DNA from: an uncultured Methanoregulaceae archaeon | GTDB taxonomy: Archaea; Halobacteriota; Methanomicrobia; Methanomicrobiales; Methanospirillaceae | DNA length: 64,000 nucleotides | Assembly (NCBI GenBank): GCA_963717525.1 | Contig: OY970343.1 | Coordinates: 1,888,001 to 1,952,000 of the forward strand | Reading direction: 5' to 3' | In this document: piece by piece, positions 23,381 through 34,323 of the stretch | How the letters are laid out: every line of letters starts with the position of its first letter | Position numbering within the stretch: the stretch's first letter is position 1 | The notes under the pieces: model-generated | What the model saw: only the letters and a program-made list of their open reading frames with translations | What the model was told of the DNA's origin: nothing | The model's database searches: none | Made by a program: the position numbers and the translations under genes

Positions 23381-24296
23381 ATGAAGCGGCTTCTCATTAT
23401 TTCAGCCTTAATTGCCTGTGTTCTCATCACCGGGTGCACATCGAGTCAGATAGTAGGCAAAGGCACCCTCCAGTTTTCAAGCTCACCGCAGGGCGCCCAG
23501 ATATATCTCGACAACCAATACCAGGGGACAACCCCCAGTACCCTTTCTGGCATATACACCGGAGCACACGCGCTTGAATTCCGTTATCCGGGATACCAGA
23601 GCTGATATTGCCAATATCACAGTCACCACGGGTTCATCGAATTATTATGCCGCGTTGACGCCGCTTGCATCCCAGACCGTCCAGCCCAATCAGGGACAGG
23701 TATCCACGACAACCGCACCGGTATCCCAGCCCACCATAACAATCCAGCAGGGCCAGACGGTTATGACCATCGGCAGCACGCAGACGTTTTCCGGGACATG
23801 CACGGGGAGTGATACCGTCATTTTAGTGCTCTATGGGCCAGGGGCCTATACAAACGGCATGCAGATAGCCCAGGTACCGGTCAGCGCGATCAACACATGG
23901 AGTTATACATGGAACCCGGGGTACAGGATTATCTCCGGCACCTACACCATGATCGCCTTTGATAAGTCAATGATTGCCTCGGCACCAGATACTTTCGGTG
24001 TCGTCGGTGGGGGATCAGTCAGCATTATCGCGAGCTCCAGTATTGTACCTCCGGGAGGGACTGTGACATATTCCGGTCTCTGCACAACGGGTGCGAACAG
24101 CGTGATCCTCACCTTGTACGGTCCGGGACAACTCTCCACCGGTGTACAGGTAGCAACCCTCACGCTCAACGCGGATAATACCTATTCATACAAATACACC
24201 TTCGACCTGTCGCGGCCTCTAGGATCCTATACGATGATGGTGAGCGATCAACAACATACCGCTTCAGCATCGGCAACCATCTCCCTGAGCAGTTGA
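23381..24296 (+). CDS. PEGA-domain surface lipoprotein; frameshift at ~23600
   Basis: ITGC lipobox-like signal, SSPQGAQIYLDNQYQGTTP (PEGA), then two internally repeated Ig-like units (SGxCT...L.LYGPG...YTM). Confidence 0.8.
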
Positions 24297-24477
24297 CCGT
24301 TCACTCGGCCGGCAGAAGAACGGCATAAAAACCCTTTTTGGGTACATCACATTTCAGGAGGGATCTGAAATCCTGCACGGCATAATTTTACCTTGAATGG
24401 AAATCAGGCCATATTGTGGGCATCCGATACCTATTTGAAGGATTTTATACAAACAATGAACCCGTGGGAGAATATCC

Positions 24478-25666
24478 ATGGCGATCATAAAGAAAATTCT
24501 TAACATTTTCAAGTCCGGGAACCGTGAGGAGGAGGAGGCCCGGCTGCGTGCCCAGCGGGAACGCTATGAAAATTTCCTCAGGGCACTGACCAGCGGCGAT
24601 CTCGATACCCGCTGGAACGCCGTCCGTTCTGTCGGCGATCTCGGGGAGCCGTTCATCGAGCCGCTCATCAATGGCCTCAGGGACGAGTTCTGGATCATCC
24701 GGCGGGGCTCTGCCGATACCCTGGGCAAGATCGGGGCACCTGCGGTCGTACCGCTGATCGGGGCGCTGGCCGATCCGGGCGAAGATGTCCGGCAGGAGAC
24801 TATCCGGGCGCTCCAGCTGATCGGGGAGCCGGCGGTCAACCCGCTGATTCAGGCGCTCAAGCACAACCACCCCTTCATCCGCCGTGGCGCTGTTCAGGCC
24901 CTCGGGATCATGGGAGAGAGCCGTGCGGTGCCAAACCTGATTGATGCCCTGAAAGATGCAGACCCGTGGGTTCGTCACGAAGCCGCGGTAGCACTGGGCA
25001 GGGTTGGCGACCCGCACGCCGTGGCTCCGCTGATCGAGAGCCTCAACGATCCCCTGGAACATGTGCGGATGGCTGCGATGGCAACACTCTGCTCCCTGGG
25101 GCAGGCATCGATCTCGCCCCTAATACAAGCCCTTGTCGACAAGAACGAGGATGTGTCCCGCCGGGCTGCCCTGGCACTGGCCACTATCGGCGAGCACTCG
25201 GTCGAGCCGCTGATCGCTGCCCTGTCGAGCCAGAACCCGGGGATCCGAAAAGAGGCCGCATCCGTCCTTGGCCAGATCGGGAATACCACAGCAATCCCTG
25301 CACTCATCGATACGCTTACAGATCCCGACAGGGCAGTACAGGATAGACGTCGTCAAGGCACTTGCAGCACTTGGCGTGCCGGCGATCGCCCCGCTCATGC
25401 AGGTCTTCCGCGAGGGAGATGTCCGTACACGGACGGGCGCAATGGAGGCACTCTGGATGCTCGGCCAGCCGGCCACCACACCGCTTATCATGGTGCTCAA
25501 GGACGACCAGAGCGATGTGCGAAAACGGGCGGCCCTTCTCCTTGGCGAGATCGGTGACCAGAAGGCTGCAGACCACCTCACCGGCCTCTTGTCGGACGAA
25601 AACGTTTCCGTGCGGCGCGAAGCGTTTGAAGCGCTGGAAATGATCAAGAAGCGGGATCGCCAGTAA
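24478..25666 (+). CDS. HEAT-repeat protein; frameshift at ~25335
   Basis: About 11 tandem VR..A..ALG.IG..AV.PLI.AL.D repeats across two frames. Confidence 0.9.
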
Positions 25667-25873
25667 TCCTCAACTATTTTTTTAGCGCACAGAAATTTCA
25701 TTACTCCCTTGCCGGCTTACCCGGCCCCTTATAACACACATCTTTTATCCGGTGCCTGACCGATTATGAAGGAACCCGCCCGAAGGGACACCCCGGACCA
25801 TTATGATCGGTGACAAAAACAAAAGAGAATACGTAAAACAGGGAAAAATGTACACTAGTGAGGAAGGCAGCAT

Positions 25874-26533
25874 ATGGAGTCAGAAGATATTCTGGATAAT
25901 ACGCTCATCTCAAAGAACCGGCTCGAGGCACTGGTAGACGGGGTCTTCGCATTTGCCATGACCCTGCTTGTGATAGGATTGAGCGTCCCTACGATCCCCA
26001 AAACTGAAGCCGCAACCGAACTGCCCGCATATATCGTTTCTATGTTTCCACAGTTTCTCAGCTTCCTGATCGCGTTTTTTATCCTTGCCAGTTTGTGGAT
26101 CGTCCACCACGAACACTTCCATTTCCTCCGGTCGGTCAACAAGGTCGTGCTCTGGCTCAACGTCCTGATCCTGATATTCGTGGTGCTGGTGCCGTTCTCC
26201 ACCAATCTCTCCGGGACCTATTCGCATGTCCCGATCGCGCCCCTCATCTTCCATGCAAACATGCTGGTCCTCAGCTGCCTCTTCCTGGTCCAGTGGCAGT
26301 ACATCATCCGCCACCCGTCACTGCTCACCGGGCCAATCCATCCCGACCGGACACTGGATGCCGTTATGGACCGGGTCCCCATCATCCTTGCTGCGGTCGT
26401 CGGGATGGGACTTGTCATATTCAACGCACCCTTCTCCTCCATGTACATGTACATGATCTTCCCCCTCCTGATGAGAGCCGTGATGTGGTACCTCCACTCA
26501 AAGAGGGCCGGAAAGAACGGGCAGCAGGCATAA
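25874..26533 (+). CDS. TMEM175 (DUF1211) potassium channel
   Basis: RLEALVDGVFAFAMTLL, W..HH..F, WLN.L.L...VPF, six TM helices. Confidence 0.9.
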   Translation: MESEDILDNTLISKNRLEALVDGVFAFAMTLLVIGLSVPTIPKTEAATELPAYIVSMFPQFLSFLIAFFILASLWIVHHEHFHFLRSVNKVVLWLNVLILIFVVLVPFSTNLSGTYSHVPIAPLIFHANMLVLSCLFLVQWQYIIRHPSLLTGPIHPDRTLDAVMDRVPIILAAVVGMGLVIFNAPFSSMYMYMIFPLLMRAVMWYLHSKRAGKNGQQA

Positions 26534-26608
26534 TACAAGAACAGCCGGCTGTCCTTTTTTAATCCGCTGACTCATCCCTGCAGCAGACCGGAAAAATCCG
26601 TATCTCAT

Positions 26609-27616
26609 TCAAAACAGGGTTTTCTGAGAGGGGTTGAGTTTGAGGTGAGCAAGAGCCGCCGGGGTCGTCTCCCTGCCCTGAGAGGTGCGCTTCACAAACC
26701 CGATCTGGATAAGATAGGGTTCGTAGACCTCCTCGATGGTCCGGACCTCTTCCCCGACCGAGATCGCAATAGTCTTGACACCGACCGGGCCGCCGCTGAA
26801 ATCGTCCGCGATGACCGAGATGATGCGCCGGTCGATGTCATCAAGCCCCAGTTCATCGATCTGGAGCAGCGCAAGGCCATCCTGTGCAATCTCCGCGGTG
26901 ATAGTCCCATCGCCTTTCACCACCGCGTAATCCCGCACCCGGCGCAGGAGCCGGTTCCCAATCCGTGGCGTCCCCCGGCTCCGGGCTGCGATCGTTGCCG
27001 CTCCTTCAGGAGTGATAGGAATCTTAAGGATAGTCGCGCTCCTTTTCACAATCTCAATGATTTCCTCCGGGGAATACAGGTTCAGGCGTACGATGATCCC
27101 GAACCGATCCCGGAACGGCGAACTGAGAAGACCCTGCCGGGTCGTTGCCCCGATCAGCGTGAAATGCTCGAGCGTCAGCTTAATCGACCGGGCGCTGGGC
27201 CCCTCGCCGATCATGACGTCTATGAAGAAATCCTCCATCGCGGGGTACAGGATCTCTTCGACGACCGGGTTCATGCGGTGGATCTCATCGATAAAGAGCA
27301 CATCGCCTTTCTGGAGGGCAGTGACAAGGGCCGCAATATCCCCGGGTTTTTCCAGCACCGGGCCGGTCGTAGTCCGGATCGCCGCACCCATCTCGCGTGC
27401 AATGATGTGGGCGAGGGTGGTCTTCCCCAGTCCCGGTGGCCCGGCAAACAGGATATGATCGATCGGTTCGCCCCGCTGCTGTGCTGCTGCAATAGCGATC
27501 CGGAGCGCATTTTTTGCCGGCTCCTGCCCGACAAAGGCGTCAAGTGTTGCCGGCCGCAACGTGATCTCTTCGGTATCGTCCTCGACCGGTTCCGGGGTGA
27601 TGATCCGTTCGCTCAC
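26609..27616 (-). CDS. ruvB: Holliday junction branch migration ATPase RuvB
   Basis: LRP, GPPGLGKTT, FIDEIHR, EEILYPAMED, GATTR, RDRFG, RGTPRI, EPYLIQ. Confidence 0.98.
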   Translation of the reverse strand: MSERIITPEPVEDDTEEITLRPATLDAFVGQEPAKNALRIAIAAAQQRGEPIDHILFAGPPGLGKTTLAHIIAREMGAAIRTTTGPVLEKPGDIAALVTALQKGDVLFIDEIHRMNPVVEEILYPAMEDFFIDVMIGEGPSARSIKLTLEHFTLIGATTRQGLLSSPFRDRFGIIVRLNLYSPEEIIEIVKRSATILKIPITPEGAATIAARSRGTPRIGNRLLRRVRDYAVVKGDGTITAEIAQDGLALLQIDELGLDDIDRRIISVIADDFSGGPVGVKTIAISVGEEVRTIEEVYEPYLIQIGFVKRTSQGRETTPAALAHLKLNPSQKTLF

Positions 27617-28218
27617 CTCCGTTCAGCCTCCTTAAGGAGCCGGAGTGCCGCCTTGATTATATCCTGGACCGACGGCGATGTAAGTCCCCGGGCTGCAGAT
27701 TTTACTGCTTCATATGATGCAGTCTCGGCAAACCCAAGCGAGACAAGGGCGCTCGCCGCATCCCTGACGGCGGCGTCCCGCTTCCCGGGCAGGGCTGGTG
27801 CCATGGCACCCTGCACTTTTTTCATCTTGTCCCTGAGTTCGAGGATCAGTCGTTGCGCGCTCTTTGGCCCGATCCCGGAGATCCGCGTAAGGCTTTTTTC
27901 ATCGCCGGACAGGATGGCAAGGACAAAATCCTCAAGGGAGATCTGGGAGAGGATATTGAGGGCTATCTGCGGGCCGATGCCCGAGACGCTGATAAGGACG
28001 GAAAAGAGTTCGAGCTCGCTCTCGTGCAGGAACCCGTACAGGGTGATCGCATCCTCGCGCACAGCCATGTACGTGTGGAGTTTCACCTTCCCGGGAGCAT
28101 GGGCAATCTCGCGTATCCCGGGCTCCGGCACGTGTACCCGGTAGCCGATACCGTTGACCTCCAGCACCACCCACCGGTCACCGGTTGCGGCCGGCGTCCC
28201 CTCCAGATACGCGATCAT
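27613..28218 (-). CDS. ruvA: Holliday junction DNA-binding protein RuvA
   Basis: MIAYLEG, VNGIGY, VREDAITLYGF, VSGIGP, GIGPKSAQRLILEL. Confidence 0.97.
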   Translation of the reverse strand: MIAYLEGTPAATGDRWVVLEVNGIGYRVHVPEPGIREIAHAPGKVKLHTYMAVREDAITLYGFLHESELELFSVLISVSGIGPQIALNILSQISLEDFVLAILSGDEKSLTRISGIGPKSAQRLILELRDKMKKVQGAMAPALPGKRDAAVRDAASALVSLGFAETASYEAVKSAARGLTSPSVQDIIKAALRLLKEAERR

Positions 28219-28222
28219 TGTA

Positions 28223-28693
28223 CTATCTCATGACGTGGATATGACATAAGGCAATCGAAAGGGCGTCCGCGGCGTCATCCGGCTGCGGCACCTCGCCGAG
28301 ATGGAGGAGCCGGGTGATCATCTGCTGCACCTGGGCCTTGTCCGCCCGGCCCGACCCGGTGACTGCCTGTTTGACCTGATTTGGCGTGTATTCGGTTACC
28401 GGGATCCCCCGCTGTTCCGCGGCAAGGAGGACGATGCCCCGGACTTCGCTGACACCCATCGCGGAGGTGATGTTTTTTGAAAAAAAGAGTTTCTCCATCG
28501 CAAGGGCATCGGGGGGGTAGCGATCGAACAGAAAGGAAAGGCCGGTGTAGATCTCGAGCAGGCGCTCTGCCGGCCGGGTTCCTGCCCGGGTCTCCATGCA
28601 ACCGTAGCAGACCGGCACCGCGGTGCCCCGGTCCACCCGGATCACACCGTAGCCGAGCCGTGCAAGCCCGGGATCAATGCCAATTATCATCAT
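28223..28693 (-). CDS. ruvC: Holliday junction resolvase RuvC
   Basis: IGIDPG, EKLFF, EYTPNQVKQAVTGSGRADK, PDDAADAL. Confidence 0.97.
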   Translation of the reverse strand: MMIIGIDPGLARLGYGVIRVDRGTAVPVCYGCMETRAGTRPAERLLEIYTGLSFLFDRYPPDALAMEKLFFSKNITSAMGVSEVRGIVLLAAEQRGIPVTEYTPNQVKQAVTGSGRADKAQVQQMITRLLHLGEVPQPDDAADALSIALCHIHVMR

Positions 28694-28826
28694 GCACCCT
28701 GTCCCTCGGCACTACCACGTATTACGACACCTGCCCATAAAATCCTCTGTTTAGAAAAATCCCCGCCGGGGAACTGAGGATAAATTCTATGTAGGGGGGA
28801 GGATAATATGGGGATAGTGGTTATTC

Positions 28827-29421
28827 ATGAAAAATGTCAGACCTCCGACGTACTCGTTTCTCATCCTTGTGATCGGGCTTATTCTTATCAACTCACTGCT
28901 GGCAGGGATTTCCCTTTGGACTTTCGCATCTCATCAGCCCCTCACTTTCCACCGGTATCGCAGTGCTCTACATCGCGGCTGCGTTCATGCTGATATTCAC
29001 GCTCTGGTTTGGGATGTACGGTGCAATCGCCGCGTACGTAGGCTGTTTCTTTGGCTCTGGCCTCCTGTCCGGGATGCCGTTATCCGTTGCGATCTACTTC
29101 TCGCTTGCAGCTCTCTGGATGGTGCTCATACCGCTTGCCGCATTCCGTATGTTTGACGTGAAAGTGGGCATCGAGTCCCGTCGCGATCTTTTCCACCTCG
29201 TCCTGTTCGGGGCGATCCTCAATAATATCATCGCAGCGGCATGGGCTTCGCTTTCGCTTGCGATAGGTGGCGTCATCGGGTGGAGCAGTGTGATGTCTGC
29301 ATTCCTGCCCTGGCTGATCGGAAATGCAATTATGATCATCATCATTGCACCGCTGGTGCTCAAGCGCTACACATCCCGGGTCGAAAAATCGAAGGTCTTT
29401 GTCAGGAATTACTGGTTCTGA
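28827..29421 (+). CDS. Stand-alone MASE1-like membrane protein; frameshift at ~28950
   Basis: Multi-TM; LYIAAAFMLIFTLWFG.YG and W..GNAI patterns resemble MASE1 sensor modules. Confidence 0.65.
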
Positions 29422-29500
29422 CCTCTCCTTTTTTTATAATACCGGTCGATCCCTCCACAACCTTGAACCGTTCAGGTGAACAGATGGAAATGGGATAAGC

Positions 29501-30415
29501 ATGGAAGTTAACGGGCCGGACGTCAGGAAGTATCTCAAGAAGTTCATCTCGGAACCAAAAAAGAAGGTCCGACTGAAAAATTACGACACAGCCTGGGTGC
29601 CGCATGAAGCCCTGAAAGAGGGAGGAGAAGAGGATGTAAAGGATCTCCTCAAAGGCCTCCTGGAAAAAGACCGCAGGGAGCTTGCCGAAGCTCAGGAACT
29701 CCTTGCCGCATCCCGCCAGTACAGCATTCTGATCGTGCTCCAGGGGATGGATACGTCAGGAAAGGATGGCACGATCCGGCACGTGATGTCCGGGGTGAAT
29801 CCACAGGGCTGCGAGGTCCATTCGTTCAAGGTGCCCGGAACCGAGGATCATGCACACGATTTTTTGTGGAGATATGAAAAAGTGCTGCCTGAGCGCGGGA
29901 TGATCGGCATCTTCAACCGCTCCTATTACGAGGACGTGCTCGTCGTCCATGTGCATCCTGATCGCATGGAGGAACTTCCCGAGACAATCGGGCCGGATGC
30001 AAAAGGGTTCTGGGAGGGGCGGTACAAGGATATCAACGCCCTGGAAAGGCACCTTGTCCGGAACGGCACGATCGTCCTGAAATTCTTTCTCCACATCTCA
30101 AAGGACGAACAAAAACGCCGGTTACTCGACAGGCTCAGCAACAAGGAGAAGTACTGGAAGTTCTCTGTCACCGATATCGCAGAGCGGCAGTACTGGGACG
30201 AGTACATGGACGCGTATGAGGAGATGCTGGCCGCGACTTCGACTGCGTATGCCCCGTGGTTCATCGTACCCGCGGACCATAAGTGGATGGCCCGCACCTT
30301 TGTCGCCGAGGCTGTCACGTCGGCCATAGAAGGGCTTCACCTCACCTATCCTGAGTTTTCCAAAGACCAGCTCCGGCATTTGAAGGAGGCAAAGGAGACC
30401 CTGGAACGGGAATAA
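29501..30415 (+). CDS. ppk2: Polyphosphate kinase 2 (PPK2)
   Basis: QGMDTSGKDG, GVNPQG, HDFLWR, FNRSYYEDVL, KFFLHISKDEQ, APWFIVPADHKW. Confidence 0.96.
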   Translation: MEVNGPDVRKYLKKFISEPKKKVRLKNYDTAWVPHEALKEGGEEDVKDLLKGLLEKDRRELAEAQELLAASRQYSILIVLQGMDTSGKDGTIRHVMSGVNPQGCEVHSFKVPGTEDHAHDFLWRYEKVLPERGMIGIFNRSYYEDVLVVHVHPDRMEELPETIGPDAKGFWEGRYKDINALERHLVRNGTIVLKFFLHISKDEQKRRLLDRLSNKEKYWKFSVTDIAERQYWDEYMDAYEEMLAATSTAYAPWFIVPADHKWMARTFVAEAVTSAIEGLHLTYPEFSKDQLRHLKEAKETLERE

Positions 30416-30930
30416 CCGGACTTACGGTATTCCCTGATCCCTCCTCCGACGAAGAGTGTTCTGGCCGGAACCGTGCCCGCAACGTTCCAGTGGAAATGGT
30501 GCCAACGCCCGACAATATTTTTCGTATAAACGGGTATTTTTTGAAACCGGGCATTTAAAACAGGAAAAAACCGTGCAATTTAGAAGCGTTTCTTTCGCCG
30601 CGGAAACGGGGAAGAACAAATGGTCATGCCGGGCTCCCGGATGGCAGGAAATGCGTCTGGAGACGAAAATAAAAAGGGATCCTGTACCGGGCAAAAAACG
30701 GACCTTTTTCCCGAAAAAGTGAGGGATCCACCCTCCAGATATTCCCATGAGGCACGGTGGGGTATCTGTGTGAAGGGGGATGCCCATGTGTCACCCCCGA
30801 TCCCTCCTCCGGGCCTGCCTGTACCAGGATCCGGGGTCGGTCGCCCGGGCAACAATAAACGGCAGGCAGGACCAGGGATACGGCAAAGATAATATCGTTC
30901 CCACAAGGATTCTTGATCAGGTGCGGGTGT

Positions 30931-32010
30931 ATGGCACGACAGGGATCTTCCGGAACAGCGGTGTATCGTCCGGTAAAACTGGACAGGGCCGGCCTTGCAG
31001 CGGCAGCCTTTGGCAGGTTCCGGAAAGAATTCCCGGCACTGTTCAAGGAGGCCAGCGCATACCAGCTCTCACGGGCAGAAGAGGATCTGGGGGATCATAT
31101 CGATGCGCTGCAGGAATCCCTTGCTACCGGCAGACCGGCCCTGTTTATTGATTATGTCCGGCGGGCCTGCATTTTTTTTATCTCCCGTCACCTCCCACCC
31201 CGGTATGTGCCGGACGGTCTCCGTGTACTGCGCGAGGTCGCGAAAGAGAGCCTGGCCGGCGATCTTCGCGACAGCGCTGATAAGATCCTGGGAAAGGGCA
31301 TTGCCGAAGCAAATGGTGTCCCGGCCGCACTGCCGTCATGCATCGATGACGCGGAGCCGCTGGCGGCCGTTGCCCGTACATACATTGAGGCCCTGATAGG
31401 GGCAGATAGCAAAAAGGCCGAAAAGATCATCGCAGACGCAGCAGCATCCGGTGTTCCGGTTAAGGACATCTATCTTCACGTCTTTGTCCCGGTACTACAG
31501 GAGACAGGGAGGCGCTGGCTTATACAGGAGTTGAGTGTCGCAGAAGAGCATTACATCACGGCATCTGTAGGGGCCTTGATTACACGCCTTCACGATCGTT
31601 TTATCGCAGATAATCGTCGCAGAGCACAGAGAGGGAAGACCGTCGTCGTGGCATCGGTCGAGCGCGACCTCCACGAGATTGGGATCCGTATGGTCGCGGA
31701 CTTTTTCGAGATGGACAGGTGGGACACGTATTATATCGGGCCCAACACGCCGGCATTAAGCCTGCTGCGCGCAGCACGGGACCGGAAAGCCGACGTCATT
31801 GCCATATCCTGCACGATGCCCTCTTTTCTCCCGGCGGTCCATTACCTGATCCGGTCTTTACGGGCAGACTCCGGCACGGCGCAGGCAAAGATCATCGTGG
31901 GGGGGCATCCTTTCAGGGTGGATCCCGGACTCTGGAAACAGCTCGGGGCAGATGCCTGTGCAAAGGATGCAGCAGACGCAGTCGCTGCTGCACACCGGCT
32001 TGCGGGATAG
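30931..32010 (+). CDS. Cobalamin-binding sensor protein (N-terminal helical domain + B12 cap + Rossmann B12 domain)
   Basis: W-x9-EH (WLIQELSVAEEH), DLHEIG, IGPNTP, ISCTM, IIVGG. Confidence 0.85.
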   Translation: MARQGSSGTAVYRPVKLDRAGLAAAAFGRFRKEFPALFKEASAYQLSRAEEDLGDHIDALQESLATGRPALFIDYVRRACIFFISRHLPPRYVPDGLRVLREVAKESLAGDLRDSADKILGKGIAEANGVPAALPSCIDDAEPLAAVARTYIEALIGADSKKAEKIIADAAASGVPVKDIYLHVFVPVLQETGRRWLIQELSVAEEHYITASVGALITRLHDRFIADNRRRAQRGKTVVVASVERDLHEIGIRMVADFFEMDRWDTYYIGPNTPALSLLRAARDRKADVIAISCTMPSFLPAVHYLIRSLRADSGTAQAKIIVGGHPFRVDPGLWKQLGADACAKDAADAVAAAHRLAG

Positions 32011-32082
32011 TTGCCGGTCTTTCTGACCAGAGTACAGATAACAAATCGAAAATTTTGATCTCGACGTCCAGAAGGGACGATC

Positions 32083-33438
32083 TCATGTCGCCCGGCGATC
32101 GGTCAGCCTTCTCGGCCGGCCTCTTGCCGCATGCAGCTCAAGTCCGCCCGGCCGGACATACGAGAATTCAAGGAGAAGGGTCTGGCCGTTGATATGCGGG
32201 CCAAGTGCACGCAGGCGCCGGGTGAAACACTCCATAAACCGGTCCTCAACCAGCCGGCGGTCAACTTTCTCAGGATCGGTGCATTCCATCGCGATCTGTA
32301 TCGTGAGCCTGCCCGGCTCTTCCTCACCAGTGACAAATGCCTCGTATTCCCCGGTGAGGAACTCCATACTCTCGTGCTGGAAGACACCCGCCTCGATATC
32401 CACCCGGTTCACCGGTGTACCAAAGATCCATACCGTCTCGGCCTCCCGCTGCGGATTTTTTATGCGCATATGCGTCCGGCCGCAGGCGCATCTCGAACGG
32501 GACAGGACTGTGGTCGTGTCCTCGGTATCGTAGTTGAGGAGGAGCATCCCCGCCTTTGTCCCTTGTGGGAGCAGGGTCGTGAGAACCGCTCTTCCGGCAC
32601 TGCCATCGGACACGAAATCCATCATCTGCGGGTCGTACATGTCGAGGTGAACAAGGTCCTCAGGGACATGGAGCCCGGAAACGGCCGTGCACTCCCCGCA
32701 CATCGTCCCTTCGGTACTCCCGTACGTGTTGTACACCGGGCATCCCCACAGCTCCGCAAGATACGACCGGGACTCATCCGCAAAGCTCTCTCCCCCTGCC
32801 ACCAGCCGGAGGATCGAGGTCTCTTTGGGATCGAGCCCTTCCGAGTCAAGCCGGCGGGCCAGCCTGATGAGTTTGAAGACGCTCCCCACGATCGATGTCG
32901 GCCGGTAGGCCGTGATCACCCGTGAAGCAAAATTGCATTTCCCGAACGGGATGATGGTCATGCCGATCCGCCGGGCTGCAAGCGTCATCGTATTGGCACC
33001 CACGTTCATCCCGTACGAGGCGCAGACGACCACGCGATCTTCCGGCAAAAATCCCTGCGAAACGAAGCTGCGGGCGTATTTTTCCGCATAACGCCGCCAG
33101 TCATCCCATGTGAGAAAAAAACTTTTGGGGGTACCGCTGGTCCCGCTCGTCTCCTGAATGGTGAAGATTTCACCCCAGCCTGCGGAAAGGAACCCGAAGT
33201 CCTGCGTTACGGGAGGCTGGTGCTCGCGTATGGTACGGCCCGAGATCACGGGGAGATGAAGGAGGTCCTCATGTACCCGGATCTCGTTTGGATCGATACC
33301 GTTCTCCCGGAACCAGTGCCGGTAGAACGGTGAATGCTCCTCCGCATACTTCACCGTATACCGCACGCGCTCATCGATCAGGTTATCGAGGCTGCCCCGG
33401 TCCATTGTTTCTGTCGCAGCGTTATGGTACCCCGGCAT
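32083..33438 (-). CDS. ftsA: Coenzyme F390 synthetase (phenylacetate-CoA ligase family)
   Basis: ETSGTSGTPK, CASYGMNVGA, YNTYGSTEG, LLNYDTED. Confidence 0.8.
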   Translation of the reverse strand: MPGYHNAATETMDRGSLDNLIDERVRYTVKYAEEHSPFYRHWFRENGIDPNEIRVHEDLLHLPVISGRTIREHQPPVTQDFGFLSAGWGEIFTIQETSGTSGTPKSFFLTWDDWRRYAEKYARSFVSQGFLPEDRVVVCASYGMNVGANTMTLAARRIGMTIIPFGKCNFASRVITAYRPTSIVGSVFKLIRLARRLDSEGLDPKETSILRLVAGGESFADESRSYLAELWGCPVYNTYGSTEGTMCGECTAVSGLHVPEDLVHLDMYDPQMMDFVSDGSAGRAVLTTLLPQGTKAGMLLLNYDTEDTTTVLSRSRCACGRTHMRIKNPQREAETVWIFGTPVNRVDIEAGVFQHESMEFLTGEYEAFVTGEEEPGRLTIQIAMECTDPEKVDRRLVEDRFMECFTRRLRALGPHINGQTLLLEFSYVRPGGLELHAARGRPRRLTDRRAT

Positions 33439-33633
33439 AGTGAGTAAGAGAGAATGGAGAAAAAGAGGGCTTATAGGTTACCGTTCTGGTGCACCGGTTC
33501 CGCTATGGATGCGTACGTCCCAAGAAAAGATGTTCCCCGGATCACGTGCCCGCGGAACAGAAAGGTATTCCTGAATTTGTCCCGGCATTCATATGTGTGT
33601 CAAAAAAGATCGTACCGTTTTTACGCAACCCTT

Positions 33634-34143
33634 TCAAGCCTGCGTCGCCATCACAGACGACGGCACCAGCCGGTCGAGCAGGAAAGACGGGATCTTCTGC
33701 GATGTCGCCACGGTCAGATCGAAGTTGTCCTTTGTGCCGGTCGAACCGAGATATTGCAGCGTGATCTGGAAATCGGCATTATAAATCGGTATTCCGAAGA
33801 TCGAGATCGTGGCGTGCCGAGGACTGATGAGCCGGGTCTGCCCCGTAGCCAGCTGCTCACGGTTGCCGTCCACATCGGTGATAACCGAACCGTTATACGC
33901 CATCACCGCAATCCGGCTGCTGCCGATCATGACCGCATTCCCATCCGGGAAGGAGACTGAATAATGCGTTTCGAACGGGAGCGACACTCCCGAGGTGTCG
34001 GTGGTGACAGTCATCGTGAAGGTCAGGACCGCCACAATGGCAAATACGATCAGAAGACCGGCAATGATACCCAGCAGGATCTTCCTGCTGCTCTTCATGC
34101 CGCCATCGCTACGGCCGGCGGGGTGGGAGGATCGGTCCGTCAT
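33634..34143 (-). CDS. Membrane-anchored hypothetical protein
   Basis: N-terminal TM helix followed by a beta-rich domain. Start uncertain (34143 or 34098). Confidence 0.7.
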   Translation of the reverse strand: MTDRSSHPAGRSDGGMKSSRKILLGIIAGLLIVFAIVAVLTFTMTVTTDTSGVSLPFETHYSVSFPDGNAVMIGSSRIAVMAYNGSVITDVDGNREQLATGQTRLISPRHATISIFGIPIYNADFQITLQYLGSTGTKDNFDLTVATSQKIPSFLLDRLVPSSVMATQA

Positions 34144-34323
34144 ACTATCATGTTCTCCGGCACGGGCGATAAATATGGAGGATATGAACCCTGATCCGGT
34201 CAGGAGCGAACAGGTCCCTGAGTCCCGGATCGTTCTCCACTTGTTATGAGTAAGCAAACGATTGATCCCGGATCTTTCCCATAAAATCCATTATCCCCCC
34301 CGTCCAATTGTACTAGGATTTTG

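Noticed and set aside
30416..30930. Cobalamin riboswitch upstream of the B12-binding gene
   Set aside because: No B12-box or conserved core recognisable; only fragments of the dispersed-repeat words.
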